Assembly: GCA_050950505.1 (NCBI GenBank) | Contig: JBMNHS010000001.1 | Coordinates: forward strand, 928,001-992,000 | DNA: 64,000 nt | Direction: 5' to 3' | Source: Candidatus Methanomethylophilaceae archaeon | GTDB taxonomy: Archaea > Thermoplasmatota > Thermoplasmata > Methanomassiliicoccales > Methanomethylophilaceae | Part shown: positions 31,575 through 41,039 of the stretch, one piece after another | Layout of the letters: each line of letters begins with the position of its first letter | Numbering within the stretch: position 1 is the stretch's first letter | Translations under genes and position numbers: made by a program | The notes under the pieces: generated by a model | Seen by the model: only the letters and a program-made list of their open reading frames with translations | What the model was told of the DNA's origin: nothing | Databases searched by the model: none

Positions 31575-32381
31575 ATGTTGTATCTGATAAAATTCGGGGG
31601 CAATGCCATAAGTGACGACGGGGACCTCCGTCGCATCTGCGGCGAAGTCCGCGAGCTGAAAGAATCCGGTTCCGATGTGATACTGGTTCACGGAGGGGGC
31701 CCGGCGATTTCCGCCGCAATGGAGAAAGCAGGGCTGAAACCCGAGAAAGTGAACGGTGTGCGCATAACTGATTCCGAAGGATTGAAAGTGGTCGAAAAGG
31801 TTCTCGGAGAAATCAACCTCAGGGTTTGCGAAACGCTCGATTCTTTGGAAGTTTCCAACAAAGGGATGGCGGCTTATTCCTGCACCCTGTGCAAAAAGAT
31901 TTCCCCGGTCAGTTTCATCGAGGACGGCAAGGAAAAAACCGTCGATTTGGGATTGGTGGGGGAAGTCGACACCGTCGATGCCGAAACGTTGAAAGCATTG
32001 TTGGATGACGGCAAAGTTCCCGTGATATACCCAATAGGTTCCGACGGAAAAGAACGGCTGAACGTAAACGCGGACACCATGGCTGCGGGCATAGCCGCGG
32101 CAATGAAATGTGACGAGATGATAGCGGTCACCGACGTTCCAGGGGTTTTAAGAAACGTCAATGACCCTTCGTCTCTGTACGGCCGCCTCACGGTAAAAGA
32201 AGTCTATGCGTTGATAGAAGACGGCACGATTCACGGAGGCATGATTCCGAAAGTGGAAGCCTGCGTGAACGCGGTGCGCGCGGGTGCCCGCGCGGTCCGC
32301 ATGGTGAACGGCAAAGATCCGAATAAAATATTGTCCGACATAACTGACGGACGGGACAAGGGCACAGTAATTACGGAGTGA
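31575..32381 (+). CDS. argB: Acetylglutamate kinase
   Basis: KFGGNA, VHGGGP, NVNAD, GGMIPK. Confidence 0.95.
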   Translation: MLYLIKFGGNAISDDGDLRRICGEVRELKESGSDVILVHGGGPAISAAMEKAGLKPEKVNGVRITDSEGLKVVEKVLGEINLRVCETLDSLEVSNKGMAAYSCTLCKKISPVSFIEDGKEKTVDLGLVGEVDTVDAETLKALLDDGKVPVIYPIGSDGKERLNVNADTMAAGIAAAMKCDEMIAVTDVPGVLRNVNDPSSLYGRLTVKEVYALIEDGTIHGGMIPKVEACVNAVRAGARAVRMVNGKDPNKILSDITDGRDKGTVITE

Positions 32382-32387
32382 TTGAGG

Positions 32388-33563
32388 ATGAACATGGAAG
32401 AAATAAAGAAAACAGGGGAAAAGTACCTGTTTCAGAACTACGGACGTCAGAACATAGCGTTCACCCACGGAAAAGGATGTTATCTTTACGATACCGAAGG
32501 CAACGAGTATCTGGATCTGGTGGCCGGAATCGCAGTGAACGCGTTGGGATACGCACATCCCGATTGGGTCAAGGCCGTCACCGAACAGGCCGGACGTCTG
32601 GTTCACACCTCAAATCTGTATCATGTCAAGGAGCAGGCCGAATTGGCGGAAAAGATAGCTTCCGTATCTCCGGGAAGTCTTGACCGCACACTGTTCGTGA
32701 ACAGCGGGGCGGAAGCCAACGAAGGAGCGTTGAAACTTGCCGTGCGCTACACGGGAAGGAACAGAATAATCTCAGCTTTGAACAGTTTTCACGGCCGCAC
32801 CGCCGCATCCCTCGGAGCCACGGGTCAGACGAAATATCAGAATACTTTTGAATCACTGATCAGCGGAGCTTATGACTATTATGATTACGGCGACGAAGAG
32901 TCCGTCAAATCCGTAATCGGCAAAGACACCGCCGCGTTGCTCGTTGAACCCATTCAGGGGGAAGGCGGAGTCGTGACCGCACCGAAAGAATTCTTCCGTG
33001 CCGTCCGCGACATATGCACCGACAACGGAACTCTGATGATTGTCGATGAAGTGCAGACGGGTATCGGACGTACCGGAAAATGGTTCGGAATCGAGAACTA
33101 CGGCGTGATTCCCGATGTGATGACCCTCGCCAAAGGATTGGGCGGAGGAGTTCCCGTAGGGGCCGTTGTCACCACCGAAGAAATATCGAAGACCATGACC
33201 CCGGGTTCCCACGGAACAACCTTCGGGGGAAATCCCCTGGTATGCGCCGCGGGTTCCGCCGTAATCGACGTAATGAAACGGGACAACATCGTGGAGAAGG
33301 TCGCGGACCTGGGAACACGTTGGATGAAGGAACTGGAATCCGTCAAATCTTCGAAAATATCGGAAATCCGCGGTTGCGGACTGATCATAGGCATAGAAAT
33401 GAAATCTCCCGAAACCGCTATTGAGGTTCAGAAACACTGTTTCGACAACGGTGTTCTTGTCAACGTATGCCACGGAAACGTCGTGCGTCTGATACCTCCG
33501 CTGATAGTGAACGATGAAGAGAAGGACAGATTCACTTCGTTGTTCGCGGAGATTGTCGGTTGA
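32388..33563 (+). CDS. argD: Acetylornithine aminotransferase
   Basis: NSGAEANE, EPIQGEGG, DEVQTG.GR, AKGLGGG, HGTTFGGNP. Confidence 0.94.
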   Translation: MNMEEIKKTGEKYLFQNYGRQNIAFTHGKGCYLYDTEGNEYLDLVAGIAVNALGYAHPDWVKAVTEQAGRLVHTSNLYHVKEQAELAEKIASVSPGSLDRTLFVNSGAEANEGALKLAVRYTGRNRIISALNSFHGRTAASLGATGQTKYQNTFESLISGAYDYYDYGDEESVKSVIGKDTAALLVEPIQGEGGVVTAPKEFFRAVRDICTDNGTLMIVDEVQTGIGRTGKWFGIENYGVIPDVMTLAKGLGGGVPVGAVVTTEEISKTMTPGSHGTTFGGNPLVCAAGSAVIDVMKRDNIVEKVADLGTRWMKELESVKSSKISEIRGCGLIIGIEMKSPETAIEVQKHCFDNGVLVNVCHGNVVRLIPPLIVNDEEKDRFTSLFAEIVG

Positions 33564-33813
33564 ACCTGCGGTCTTCCGAATTCGGAAAATACACAAAGAA
33601 CTCCGGACGGACGGGACGGGTAAACTCAGAAAAACCATTTTGGTTTCCGATGCTTCGGAAACCGTATCCCGCCGTTCCGGACATCATGACACAAGAAGAC
33701 GGATGTTCTGTGAATCCGGAGATTAAATTCCCGGCCGGACGAAAACCGTCCCGGTGTGCATCATCACCGTTCTGAATATCGAATCGACATCCTGCCGCCC
33801 GGATATGCCCGAT

Positions 33814-33902
33814 TTGCAATCCCCGCGGGTGCGTGCCTATTCGTTTGTGTGGGAATTTTCTGGTGCACACCTCCTTGCAATCCCCGCGGGTGCGTGCTTA
33901 TT
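33814..33902. repeat. Two 28-bp direct repeats (TTGCAATCCCCGCGGGTGCGTGCYTATT) separated by a 33-bp spacer; CRISPR-like unit
   Basis: Copies at 33814-33841 and 33875-33902, one mismatch, period 61 bp; no third copy and no cas gene seen. Confidence 0.75.
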
Positions 33903-34058
33903 GTTATCAAATGAATATTAAGAGAATTCCTGCAGATTTTATTCAAATGATCGCAATGACTGAAAATCCTTAGCAACAATAAGGACAGGGTTCGCAAATT
34001 AATGTTTTCATTGAAAGGAAACGATCTTTTCAATCACTGATGCAGATTAAAATTTTTG

Positions 34059-34099
34059 TTAGGATAGCCTAAATTTATATACTATTTAGGTATTCCTAA
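34059..34099. promoter_or_regulatory. Two DtxR/IdeR-type boxes flanking the feo TATA box
   Basis: TTAGGATAGCCTAA (34059-34072) and TTAGGTATTCCTAA (34086-34099) either side of TTTATATA (34074-34081). Confidence 0.8.
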
Positions 34100-34103
34100 C
34101 TTT

Positions 34104-34418
34104 ATGAGAAAAACGTGTAACGGACACTGCGGTTCATGCGGCGGATGTCCTGTCGAAACAGAATTCGTGGAAACCGCGCCCGTTGCCGGAGGCATACCTC
34201 TGGCGACAATGGGAAACGGTGACTGCGGAAAGATTGTCCGTGTTGCGGGCAAAACTGAACAGAGAAGATTCCTTTCCGATCTCGGGCTCGTGGCGGGTAC
34301 CGACATATCCATCGTGAACACTGTATCGGGAAACATTCTTCTGGACGTCAAAGGCACGAGAATTGCCATGGACAGATCCATGGCATCGAGAATATTCATC
34401 GTACCCGGGGTATGCTGA
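34104..34418 (+). CDS. feoA: FeoA with N-terminal Cys-rich extension
   Basis: RRFLSDLGLVAGT.I, VKGTRIAMD; N-terminal CxxxCxxCxxC. Confidence 0.85.
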   Translation: MRKTCNGHCGSCGGCPVETEFVETAPVAGGIPLATMGNGDCGKIVRVAGKTEQRRFLSDLGLVAGTDISIVNTVSGNILLDVKGTRIAMDRSMASRIFIVPGVC

Positions 34419-34642
34419 TGATTATGACGTTGAAGGATGTGCCCCTCGGCAGTTCCGCCAAGGTGGTCAAGGTTAACGCAAAAGGCCCCATGAGGCGCAG
34501 GATAATGGACATGGGATTGACCAAAGGCAGTACGGTTTTCGTAAGGAAAGTCGCTCCTCTGGGAGATCCTCTTGAAATCTGCGTGAGAGGTTACGAACTC
34601 AGTCTTAGAAAAAGCGAAGCCGAAGTAATAGAAGTGGAGTGA
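34412..34642 (+). CDS. feoA: Ferrous iron transport protein A
   Basis: RRIMDMGLTKG, APLGDP, RGYELSLRKSEA; start could be 34418 or 34424. Confidence 0.93.
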   Translation: MLMIMTLKDVPLGSSAKVVKVNAKGPMRRRIMDMGLTKGSTVFVRKVAPLGDPLEICVRGYELSLRKSEAEVIEVE

Positions 34643-34698
34643 TTTTTCTTGTATTCATTCGAGTACGGACAGCGTGAGCTTTCGACGGAGGCGGTGCA

Positions 34699-36822
34699 AT
34701 GAGCATAACCGTCGCCCTGGCGGGGAACCCGAACAGCGGAAAGACCACACTGTTCAACAGACTGACGGGAAGTTCCCAGAAAGTGGGCAACTGGCCCGGA
34801 GTGACCATAGACAGGAAAGAAGGGGAAATAAAAGAACTGGGAGCCACCGTTGTGGATCTTCCTGGAATTTATTCCCTTTCTCCTTATTCGCCGGAAGAAA
34901 TCGTATCCCGGGATTATTTGCTTTATGACGACCCGGACGTTGTCGTCAATATTGTCGACGCGACCAACATGGAAAGGAATCTGTATCTCACGACTCAGAT
35001 TCTGGACATGGGCATTCCCACCGTGATTGCACTCAACATGATGGACGAGGTCGAAAAGCAAGGTTCCAAGATAGACATCGAAGAGCTTTCCCGCATACTG
35101 GGATGCAAAGTCGTCGGAATTTCCGCCCTCAAAGGAGACGGCATGGACGAGTTGATCGAAACTCTGAAATCCGTTCCGGAAAAACCCAAACCGATCAGAC
35201 TTGCGAAGGCTTCCGAAAACACTATCGGAAAAATATCCAAAGTTCTTGAAGGAGACGTTTCTGAAGACAAACTGAGATGGTTTGCGGTCAAAGTTCTTGA
35301 AAAAGACGAACTGGCCATCGAAAGAATCGGAGATCTCTGGAACGATGTGACGGGATTCATCGAAGAGCTGGAAGAAGCCGATGACGATGAATCCGATTCC
35401 ATTGTGGCGTCCGAAAGATACGACGCCATCGGAGAGATAGTATCCAAAGTGCTGGTTTCCAACAAAGTCCCCGGTGAACTCACCGTATCGGACAAAATTG
35501 ACAAAATCGTTACCAGCAAGTGGCTCGGGCTCCCGATTTTCGCGGGAGTCATGTTTGTTGTTTACTACATATCGATAACCACCATCGGAGGATGGGGAAC
35601 CGATTGGGTGAATGACGTGTTTTTTGCCGAAATGGTGATTCCCGGAGTGGAATCATACCTTGAAAGCATAGACGTGGCTCCGTTGCTGGTTGCCTTCGTG
35701 GTTGACGGGTTGTTGGCGGGTGTGGGCGCGGTTCTCGGATTCCTTCCGCAGATGGCCGTGCTGTTCCTGCTGCTCGTGATTCTTGAAGATACCGGATACA
35801 TGGCGAGAATTGCCTTCATAATGGACCGTGTGTTCAGAAGATTCGGTCTCTCCGGAAAGTCATTCATTCCTCTGCTGATAGGAACCGGATGCGGCGTACC
35901 CGGAATCATGGCTTCCAGAACCATCGAAAGTGAAAGGGACAGAAAAATAACGGCCATGACCACCACTTTCGTTCCCTGTTCCGCGAAGTTGCCGATCATC
36001 GCACTTATTGCCGGCGCATGGTTCGACAAGTCCGCGTTGGTCGCACTTGCATCGTATTTCATAGGAATACTCGCGGTGTTGATTTCCGGCATAATACTCA
36101 AAAAGTGGCCTTCACTGACGGGAACCCCGTCGGAGTTCATCATGGAATTGCCTCCGTACAGAACTCCCGGACCCGTTGCCGTCGTGAAGTCCGCACTGGA
36201 GAAGGTATGGTCTTTCGTTAAGAAAGCCGGTACCTTCATCATGCTGGCCTGCGGTATCATCTGGTTCCTTTCGGCCTTTGACTGGTCATTGACATTGGTG
36301 GATGACATCAACGATTCGATTCTGGCCAATTTGGGCAATGCGGTGACCTGGATATTCGTTCCCCTGGGATGGGGTACGGAATGGCAGTTCACCGTCGGTA
36401 CCATAACCGGACTCCTGGCGAAAGAGAACGTGATCGGTACCTTCGGAGTATTGTTCGGATATGCGGACATAGCCGAAACCGGAGAGGACATCTGGGGAAT
36501 AATTTCGTCCATGGTAACCCCTGTGGCGGGATTCTCTTTCCTGGTGTTCAACCTGCTGTGCGCACCGTGTTTCGCGGCAATCGGCGCCATGAGGCGTGAA
36601 CTGGGATCCTGGAAGGCCACCGGAGCGGCGGTTCTGTACCAGACAATGCTGGCTTACGCGGTGTCCATGATAATCTACCAGATCGGAGTTCTGGCGATTT
36701 ACGGAACCTTCGGACTCTGGACGGTGATATCGTTTATCACGGTTGCAGTGATGGCGTACATACTGATCAGCAAGGACCCCTTCGGTCAATACCGAAAGAG
36801 GGCCACGGAGGTTGCAATATGA
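34699..36822 (+). CDS. feoB: Ferrous iron transport protein B
   Basis: GNPNSGKT, GNWPGVT, DLPG, NMMD, GCGVP, PCSAK, KENV, many TM helices. Confidence 0.97.
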   Translation: MSITVALAGNPNSGKTTLFNRLTGSSQKVGNWPGVTIDRKEGEIKELGATVVDLPGIYSLSPYSPEEIVSRDYLLYDDPDVVVNIVDATNMERNLYLTTQILDMGIPTVIALNMMDEVEKQGSKIDIEELSRILGCKVVGISALKGDGMDELIETLKSVPEKPKPIRLAKASENTIGKISKVLEGDVSEDKLRWFAVKVLEKDELAIERIGDLWNDVTGFIEELEEADDDESDSIVASERYDAIGEIVSKVLVSNKVPGELTVSDKIDKIVTSKWLGLPIFAGVMFVVYYISITTIGGWGTDWVNDVFFAEMVIPGVESYLESIDVAPLLVAFVVDGLLAGVGAVLGFLPQMAVLFLLLVILEDTGYMARIAFIMDRVFRRFGLSGKSFIPLLIGTGCGVPGIMASRTIESERDRKITAMTTTFVPCSAKLPIIALIAGAWFDKSALVALASYFIGILAVLISGIILKKWPSLTGTPSEFIMELPPYRTPGPVAVVKSALEKVWSFVKKAGTFIMLACGIIWFLSAFDWSLTLVDDINDSILANLGNAVTWIFVPLGWGTEWQFTVGTITGLLAKENVIGTFGVLFGYADIAETGEDIWGIISSMVTPVAGFSFLVFNLLCAPCFAAIGAMRRELGSWKATGAAVLYQTMLAYAVSMIIYQIGVLAIYGTFGLWTVISFITVAVMAYILISKDPFGQYRKRATEVAI

Positions 36823-36956
36823 ATCTGGCAACTATCCTCGTGGGATTGGGCGTTGCGGCTTTCCTCATAGCTGCCGCATACTTCACGATAAAGGATTTCA
36901 GAACCGGCGGTTGCGCAAGTTGCAAGAATCGTGACAAGTGCAGTAAAAAACGTTGA
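36819..36956 (+). CDS. FeoB-associated Cys-rich membrane peptide (45 aa)
   Basis: Below the ORF-track cutoff: MNLATILVGLGVAAFLIAAAYFTIKDFRTGGCASCKNRDKCSKKR; ATGA overlap with feoB; GGAGG RBS. Confidence 0.85.
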   Translation: MNLATILVGLGVAAFLIAAAYFTIKDFRTGGCASCKNRDKCSKKR

Positions 36957-37134
36957 CGGCGTACAAAGAGGGGATAAACTGCGGTATCTGTCCGAAACAG
37001 GGCAGTTTTTACCGTAACATCCCTTCTTCGACGGCGTTTATGTTCAATACCGTGAGTAAACTTCAATCCTAAACTTTTTCCATTATTTTTGTTTCTAATA
37101 TAACATAATATACTTAGAAAATCATCTCTGATTT

Positions 37135-37821
37135 ATGTCGAAGCAAATGACCAAAGAGAGTCTTGCGGAGAAAACCCGTGTTTATATCGACACGCATCCG
37201 AGCATCAAAGACTGTGTCGCCAAAGGATTGGTGAACTACTCTGCTTTGGCGCGGAAAATTATGAAAGACATCGGTGTGGACAACGAAGAGGCGGTAATGA
37301 TTGCCTGCCGCAGATACGCTTCGAAACTCGGCAAATCATCCAATCACGAAATGGAGATACTCAGTGTCCTCAAAGACAGCAGATTGGAGATGCGAACCAA
37401 GACTTGCATTGTAACCGCAAAGAACGATTGGTCTGTGCTTCACAAAATGGACAACCTTTTCAAAGACCTGTGGAACGAGAAATCGATTATGCAGGTGGTT
37501 CAGTCGGCTTCGGCGGTCACAATCATCGCCGACAAGATGCTGAAAGACAGAATCATGGACACCGTCGGAAGATTCAACATCATCAAGGTAAGGGAAAATC
37601 TTGTTGAAATCGTCGTGAAGTCCCCGGAAAAGATTGTGGAAACCACAGGTGTGATTGCATATCTGATCACGAATTTATCCGATGCGGGGATTAACATAGA
37701 GGAAACCGTCAGTTGTTACACCGATACGATTTTCATCGTCGACGAAGGGGATATGATCGACGCTTATTCCGTGCTGACGAAATGCATACAGTCCGCCGAA
37801 GAAACCTTCACCGAAGAATAA
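37135..37821 (+). CDS. ACT-domain protein with N-terminal HTH-like region
   Basis: GLVNYSALAR; C-terminal GVIAYL..L..GINI.E.VSCYTD ACT motif. Confidence 0.8.
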   Translation: MSKQMTKESLAEKTRVYIDTHPSIKDCVAKGLVNYSALARKIMKDIGVDNEEAVMIACRRYASKLGKSSNHEMEILSVLKDSRLEMRTKTCIVTAKNDWSVLHKMDNLFKDLWNEKSIMQVVQSASAVTIIADKMLKDRIMDTVGRFNIIKVRENLVEIVVKSPEKIVETTGVIAYLITNLSDAGINIEETVSCYTDTIFIVDEGDMIDAYSVLTKCIQSAEETFTEE

Positions 37822-38247
37822 TCATTCTTCGACGTCGAGACCGGCGATTCTGAGTTCGTTCATGAACCGATATTTGTCCTTGGGGGAAATCACCACGGCG
37901 GAAGATGTGCCGAAGTTGATTCTCACGACGTCGCGGGACATTCCGTAATACAGTGCGGCATCATCCCGTTCCGTATCCACGGATGTGATTTTATCGAATG
38001 CCACATAAAGCGGACCGTCAACGGAATCTATCGTCACCGTGTCGGAAGTCAGGGTGTAAGTTGTTTTGCGGTACACCGTTACCGAAGCAACAAGGATGAA
38101 AACGAGAATTCCGATTGCAAGTATGCACAATAACGTTCCGATCCAACCGGGACGGACCAATATCCATGCCGCAATTACCAGTATCATCAGCATCGGAACC
38201 GACCAGAACCAGCCTCCGATACGGCTTTTGTACACAGAATCATCCAT
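37822..38247 (-). CDS. Membrane protein with bacterial PH domain
   Basis: Two TM helices, then T.Y.L, I.SV, ISPKD..F. Confidence 0.75.
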   Translation of the reverse strand: MDDSVYKSRIGGWFWSVPMLMILVIAAWILVRPGWIGTLLCILAIGILVFILVASVTVYRKTTYTLTSDTVTIDSVDGPLYVAFDKITSVDTERDDAALYYGMSRDVVRINFGTSSAVVISPKDKYRFMNELRIAGLDVEE

Positions 38248-38482
38248 GGTGATGGAATGTGGCGGACCTTTATATTATTTACATTTTTTTAACGCGCATA
38301 TATTCCGAAACAACTCAGCACCGTACAATACGAAAAAAAGATACCCAGGTTCCACAACCTCACTCAATAATTATTGAATATCGAGGAAGGAATACGAAAG
38401 GAATGTTTTGCTCACACAAATTCGATTACGATTGGAATTTGATACAATCGTAAAAATTACGTAAGAAGTTTACCGATGTCGT

Positions 38483-38659
38483 TTATTTGGAAGGTTCCCA
38501 CTTGCATCTTGCGGGAGATGTGATGGATCCGTCCGCTTTCATCTCTTTGAACGCTTTATCGATTTCTTTTTTGTCGAGGCCGGTCGCTTTCTGAACTTCG
38601 GTCGCGCTCATGGGTTTGCCCGCATCCTTCATGGCTTTCAATACAGCTTCCTTTGTCAT
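38483..38659 (-). CDS. Small winged-helix protein (58 aa)
   Basis: Below the ORF-track cutoff: MTKEAVLKAMKDAGKPMSATEVQKATGLDKKEIDKAFKEMKADGSITSPARCKWEPSK. Confidence 0.8.
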   Translation of the reverse strand: MTKEAVLKAMKDAGKPMSATEVQKATGLDKKEIDKAFKEMKADGSITSPARCKWEPSK

Positions 38660-38972
38660 GTTTATCGATTCTGCTTATGAACATTCTCTTAAAAATAATG
38701 ATGGGCGCACAAGGAATGTGCAAATCCGCATTCAGTAGATTTGGCTGTATTGAAAACTCTGCCCGGGTTCACTCTAAGTAAATACCCGCCTCAATCGTCA
38801 TGATACGCGTATTTTATCAAAATCAATTGAATAAAAACAATGGTGCGGATTCAGGGCAGCATGGTTTTTTGCAACCTTAATACTTTTTAAAACGATAAAT
38901 TAAAGCAAAAATTACACTTTGCTTGATGTTATATAGATGTAATTTCCTATCAAAAACAGGGGGAAAATAAAC

Positions 38973-40019
38973 TTGAAAATGACTTCAAAGGAAAGGTCGT
39001 TGGCAGTTTTCAGAGGGGAATTGCCTGACCGTGCCCCGGTGTGTGATTTTGACAATACGTCCATGTTGTCCCATTATGGATATGTACTGAACGATTGCAG
39101 AGCCAACTCATCAGTGAGCAATGAAATAATGACAAAATGGGCAAAGGATTCGATGTCCGATCTCGTATTTGGACCGATAGAATCCAAAGGTATATTTTTG
39201 GATATTCCGGGGCTGGAGGTTAAGTTACCGGAAAACAACCAAGGTTCGCTCAAGAATGTGTACTTTAATTCTATCGAAGAGGTTGAAACAAAGGATTTAC
39301 CTAACCCTCTGGACGAAAAAGAGACTCCGAAATTTCATGAATATGTGGTAAACATGTTAAAATCCCAATGGGAAACGTTGAAAGACGTCTCGTCTCCTGC
39401 ATGGTCCGAGGGAACGTTGACCACAACCGGATTCCTTTACGGTGCGGAAACGCTTCTGATGGACATGCTTCTTGAACCGAACAATGCCATAAAAGTGATT
39501 TCAAAATGTGCCGCATATTCAGAAAAATTGGTCAGAGCCCAACTTGAACGTTTTGATGCGGATTATGTGATTTACACGGACCCCGTTGCGTCTGCGGATA
39601 TGATTGACGATGTAATGTTCCGCAAATACAATCTGAATCCTCTACGCACAAACATAACCGGCTGGAAGAGAGACTTCGGTGTCAATGCAATGCTTCACAT
39701 ATGCGGGGATACCACGCCGATGTTGAAGGACTTGGTTGAAACGGGTGCGAGAGCTGTCAGTTTGGATCACAAAGTAGATTTGGCCGAAGCCAGAAGAATC
39801 CTGGGCAAGGATGAGGTAATCGTCGGAAATATAGATCCTGTCAGAATTCTGATGAAAGGTTCTCCGGAAGAAGTCTATGCCGCATCCGAAAAATGTTTCA
39901 ATGATGCCGGAAAAGACGGAAATTTTGTTTTCGCCGCAGGTTGTGCTGTGCCGATAGGAACATCGTTGGAGAATATACGTCAGTTTGCAATGGTTTCCAA
40001 GAACAACGCGTACAACTGA
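38973..40019 (+). CDS. MtaA/CmuA (UroD superfamily) methylcobamide:thiol methyltransferase
   Basis: DRAPV, DPVAS, LHICGD (HxC zinc ligands), GNIDP, AAGC. Confidence 0.82.
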   Translation: MKMTSKERSLAVFRGELPDRAPVCDFDNTSMLSHYGYVLNDCRANSSVSNEIMTKWAKDSMSDLVFGPIESKGIFLDIPGLEVKLPENNQGSLKNVYFNSIEEVETKDLPNPLDEKETPKFHEYVVNMLKSQWETLKDVSSPAWSEGTLTTTGFLYGAETLLMDMLLEPNNAIKVISKCAAYSEKLVRAQLERFDADYVIYTDPVASADMIDDVMFRKYNLNPLRTNITGWKRDFGVNAMLHICGDTTPMLKDLVETGARAVSLDHKVDLAEARRILGKDEVIVGNIDPVRILMKGSPEEVYAASEKCFNDAGKDGNFVFAAGCAVPIGTSLENIRQFAMVSKNNAYN

Positions 40020-40031
40020 TATCAAAACAAA

Positions 40032-40076
40032 ACCGTATCCGGCATGGTCGGGTACGGTAATTTTCTCTTTATTTTT
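40032..40076 (+). terminator. Hairpin plus T-run terminator
   Basis: ACCGTATCCGGC-ATG-GTCGGGTACGGT followed by a T-rich tract. Confidence 0.6.
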
Positions 40077-40146
40077 TGACGCATGTTTTCAAAACCAATA
40101 TCGATTGAAAGTGTAAGATTAAACGTTCCTTCGTTTATACCGCCAT

Positions 40147-40449
40147 ATGAGTGAATTTTTATCCATCGGGCTGATAGCGGGATTTTTCACTACGTTGGGG
40201 TATACGCCTCAGATTGTCAAGGGATACCGGACAGGCAGGATGGACGATGTTTCCATACTGATGCCTTTATTGTTGATGATAGGTCTGGGTCTATGGTTGA
40301 TTTACGGTCTTGTCATGGATGATTTTCCTATAATATTTTGGAATGCCATAGCCGTGGTTTTCAACTTTCTGATAATTGTGATGAAGTTGCATTATGATAA
40401 AAAAAGCAGAGGGGCTGAAAAGCTGCCCCCGGATGAGGATTTGTTGTGA
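40147..40449 (+). CDS. SemiSWEET / PQ-loop transporter
   Basis: GLIAG..TT..Y.PQI.K, LWLIYG, PII.WN; three TM helices. Confidence 0.88.
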   Translation: MSEFLSIGLIAGFFTTLGYTPQIVKGYRTGRMDDVSILMPLLLMIGLGLWLIYGLVMDDFPIIFWNAIAVVFNFLIIVMKLHYDKKSRGAEKLPPDEDLL

Positions 40450-41039
40450 AAAACATCCGATCCGTAGTGATGATTCAAACCCGACCGGATGCAAACCAAT
40501 CACAAACTTCAAAGATTTCTGTTCATCAATTCTTCTGAAACTATGCAGTGAACTCTCAATACGGTTTTACCGAACAAAACCGAATCACGACTTTGTGTCT
40601 TGATATTTCCTTCAGTCTTTCATCAGCAACCAAAGTATTATCCAATCAAAAATGCCCCATTTTTTCATTCTTAATTTCTCCCAGTCTGTAAGACTTGGTT
40701 AAAAATTCATTTGATTCTTTATAAAACGACTCATTTTTATTTAAATACTGAAGCAGCTCCGGTAAAATTCAAAACTGAAAACTTCTTTCATTTGTTAATT
40801 TGGATTGGGGCGGTCGGTGAATATACAGTAAGCAAATTTTCATGAATACGGATAGAAATCACGCGGGGGAAGACATTTCATCGTTACTTCTTTTTTTTTC
40901 AAATCCGATATTTGTCTTTAATTATTTCTGTAAAAATTAAAATTAACGGACATAACGGCTTTAAATACTATTGTAAAGGTTTATTTTTATTAACGTTAAG
41001 GGTATTAATATACATACTAAAAAAAACAATACTTCGCAC

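Noticed and set aside
38838-38860. TGGTGCGGATTCAGGG resembling a tRNA 3' end (att remnant)
   Set aside because: Does not match either tRNA in the window, has no T-loop, and is too short to support
40468-40538. GTGATGA..CTGA as a C/D box sRNA
   Set aside because: Spacing is long and no internal D'/C' boxes are evident
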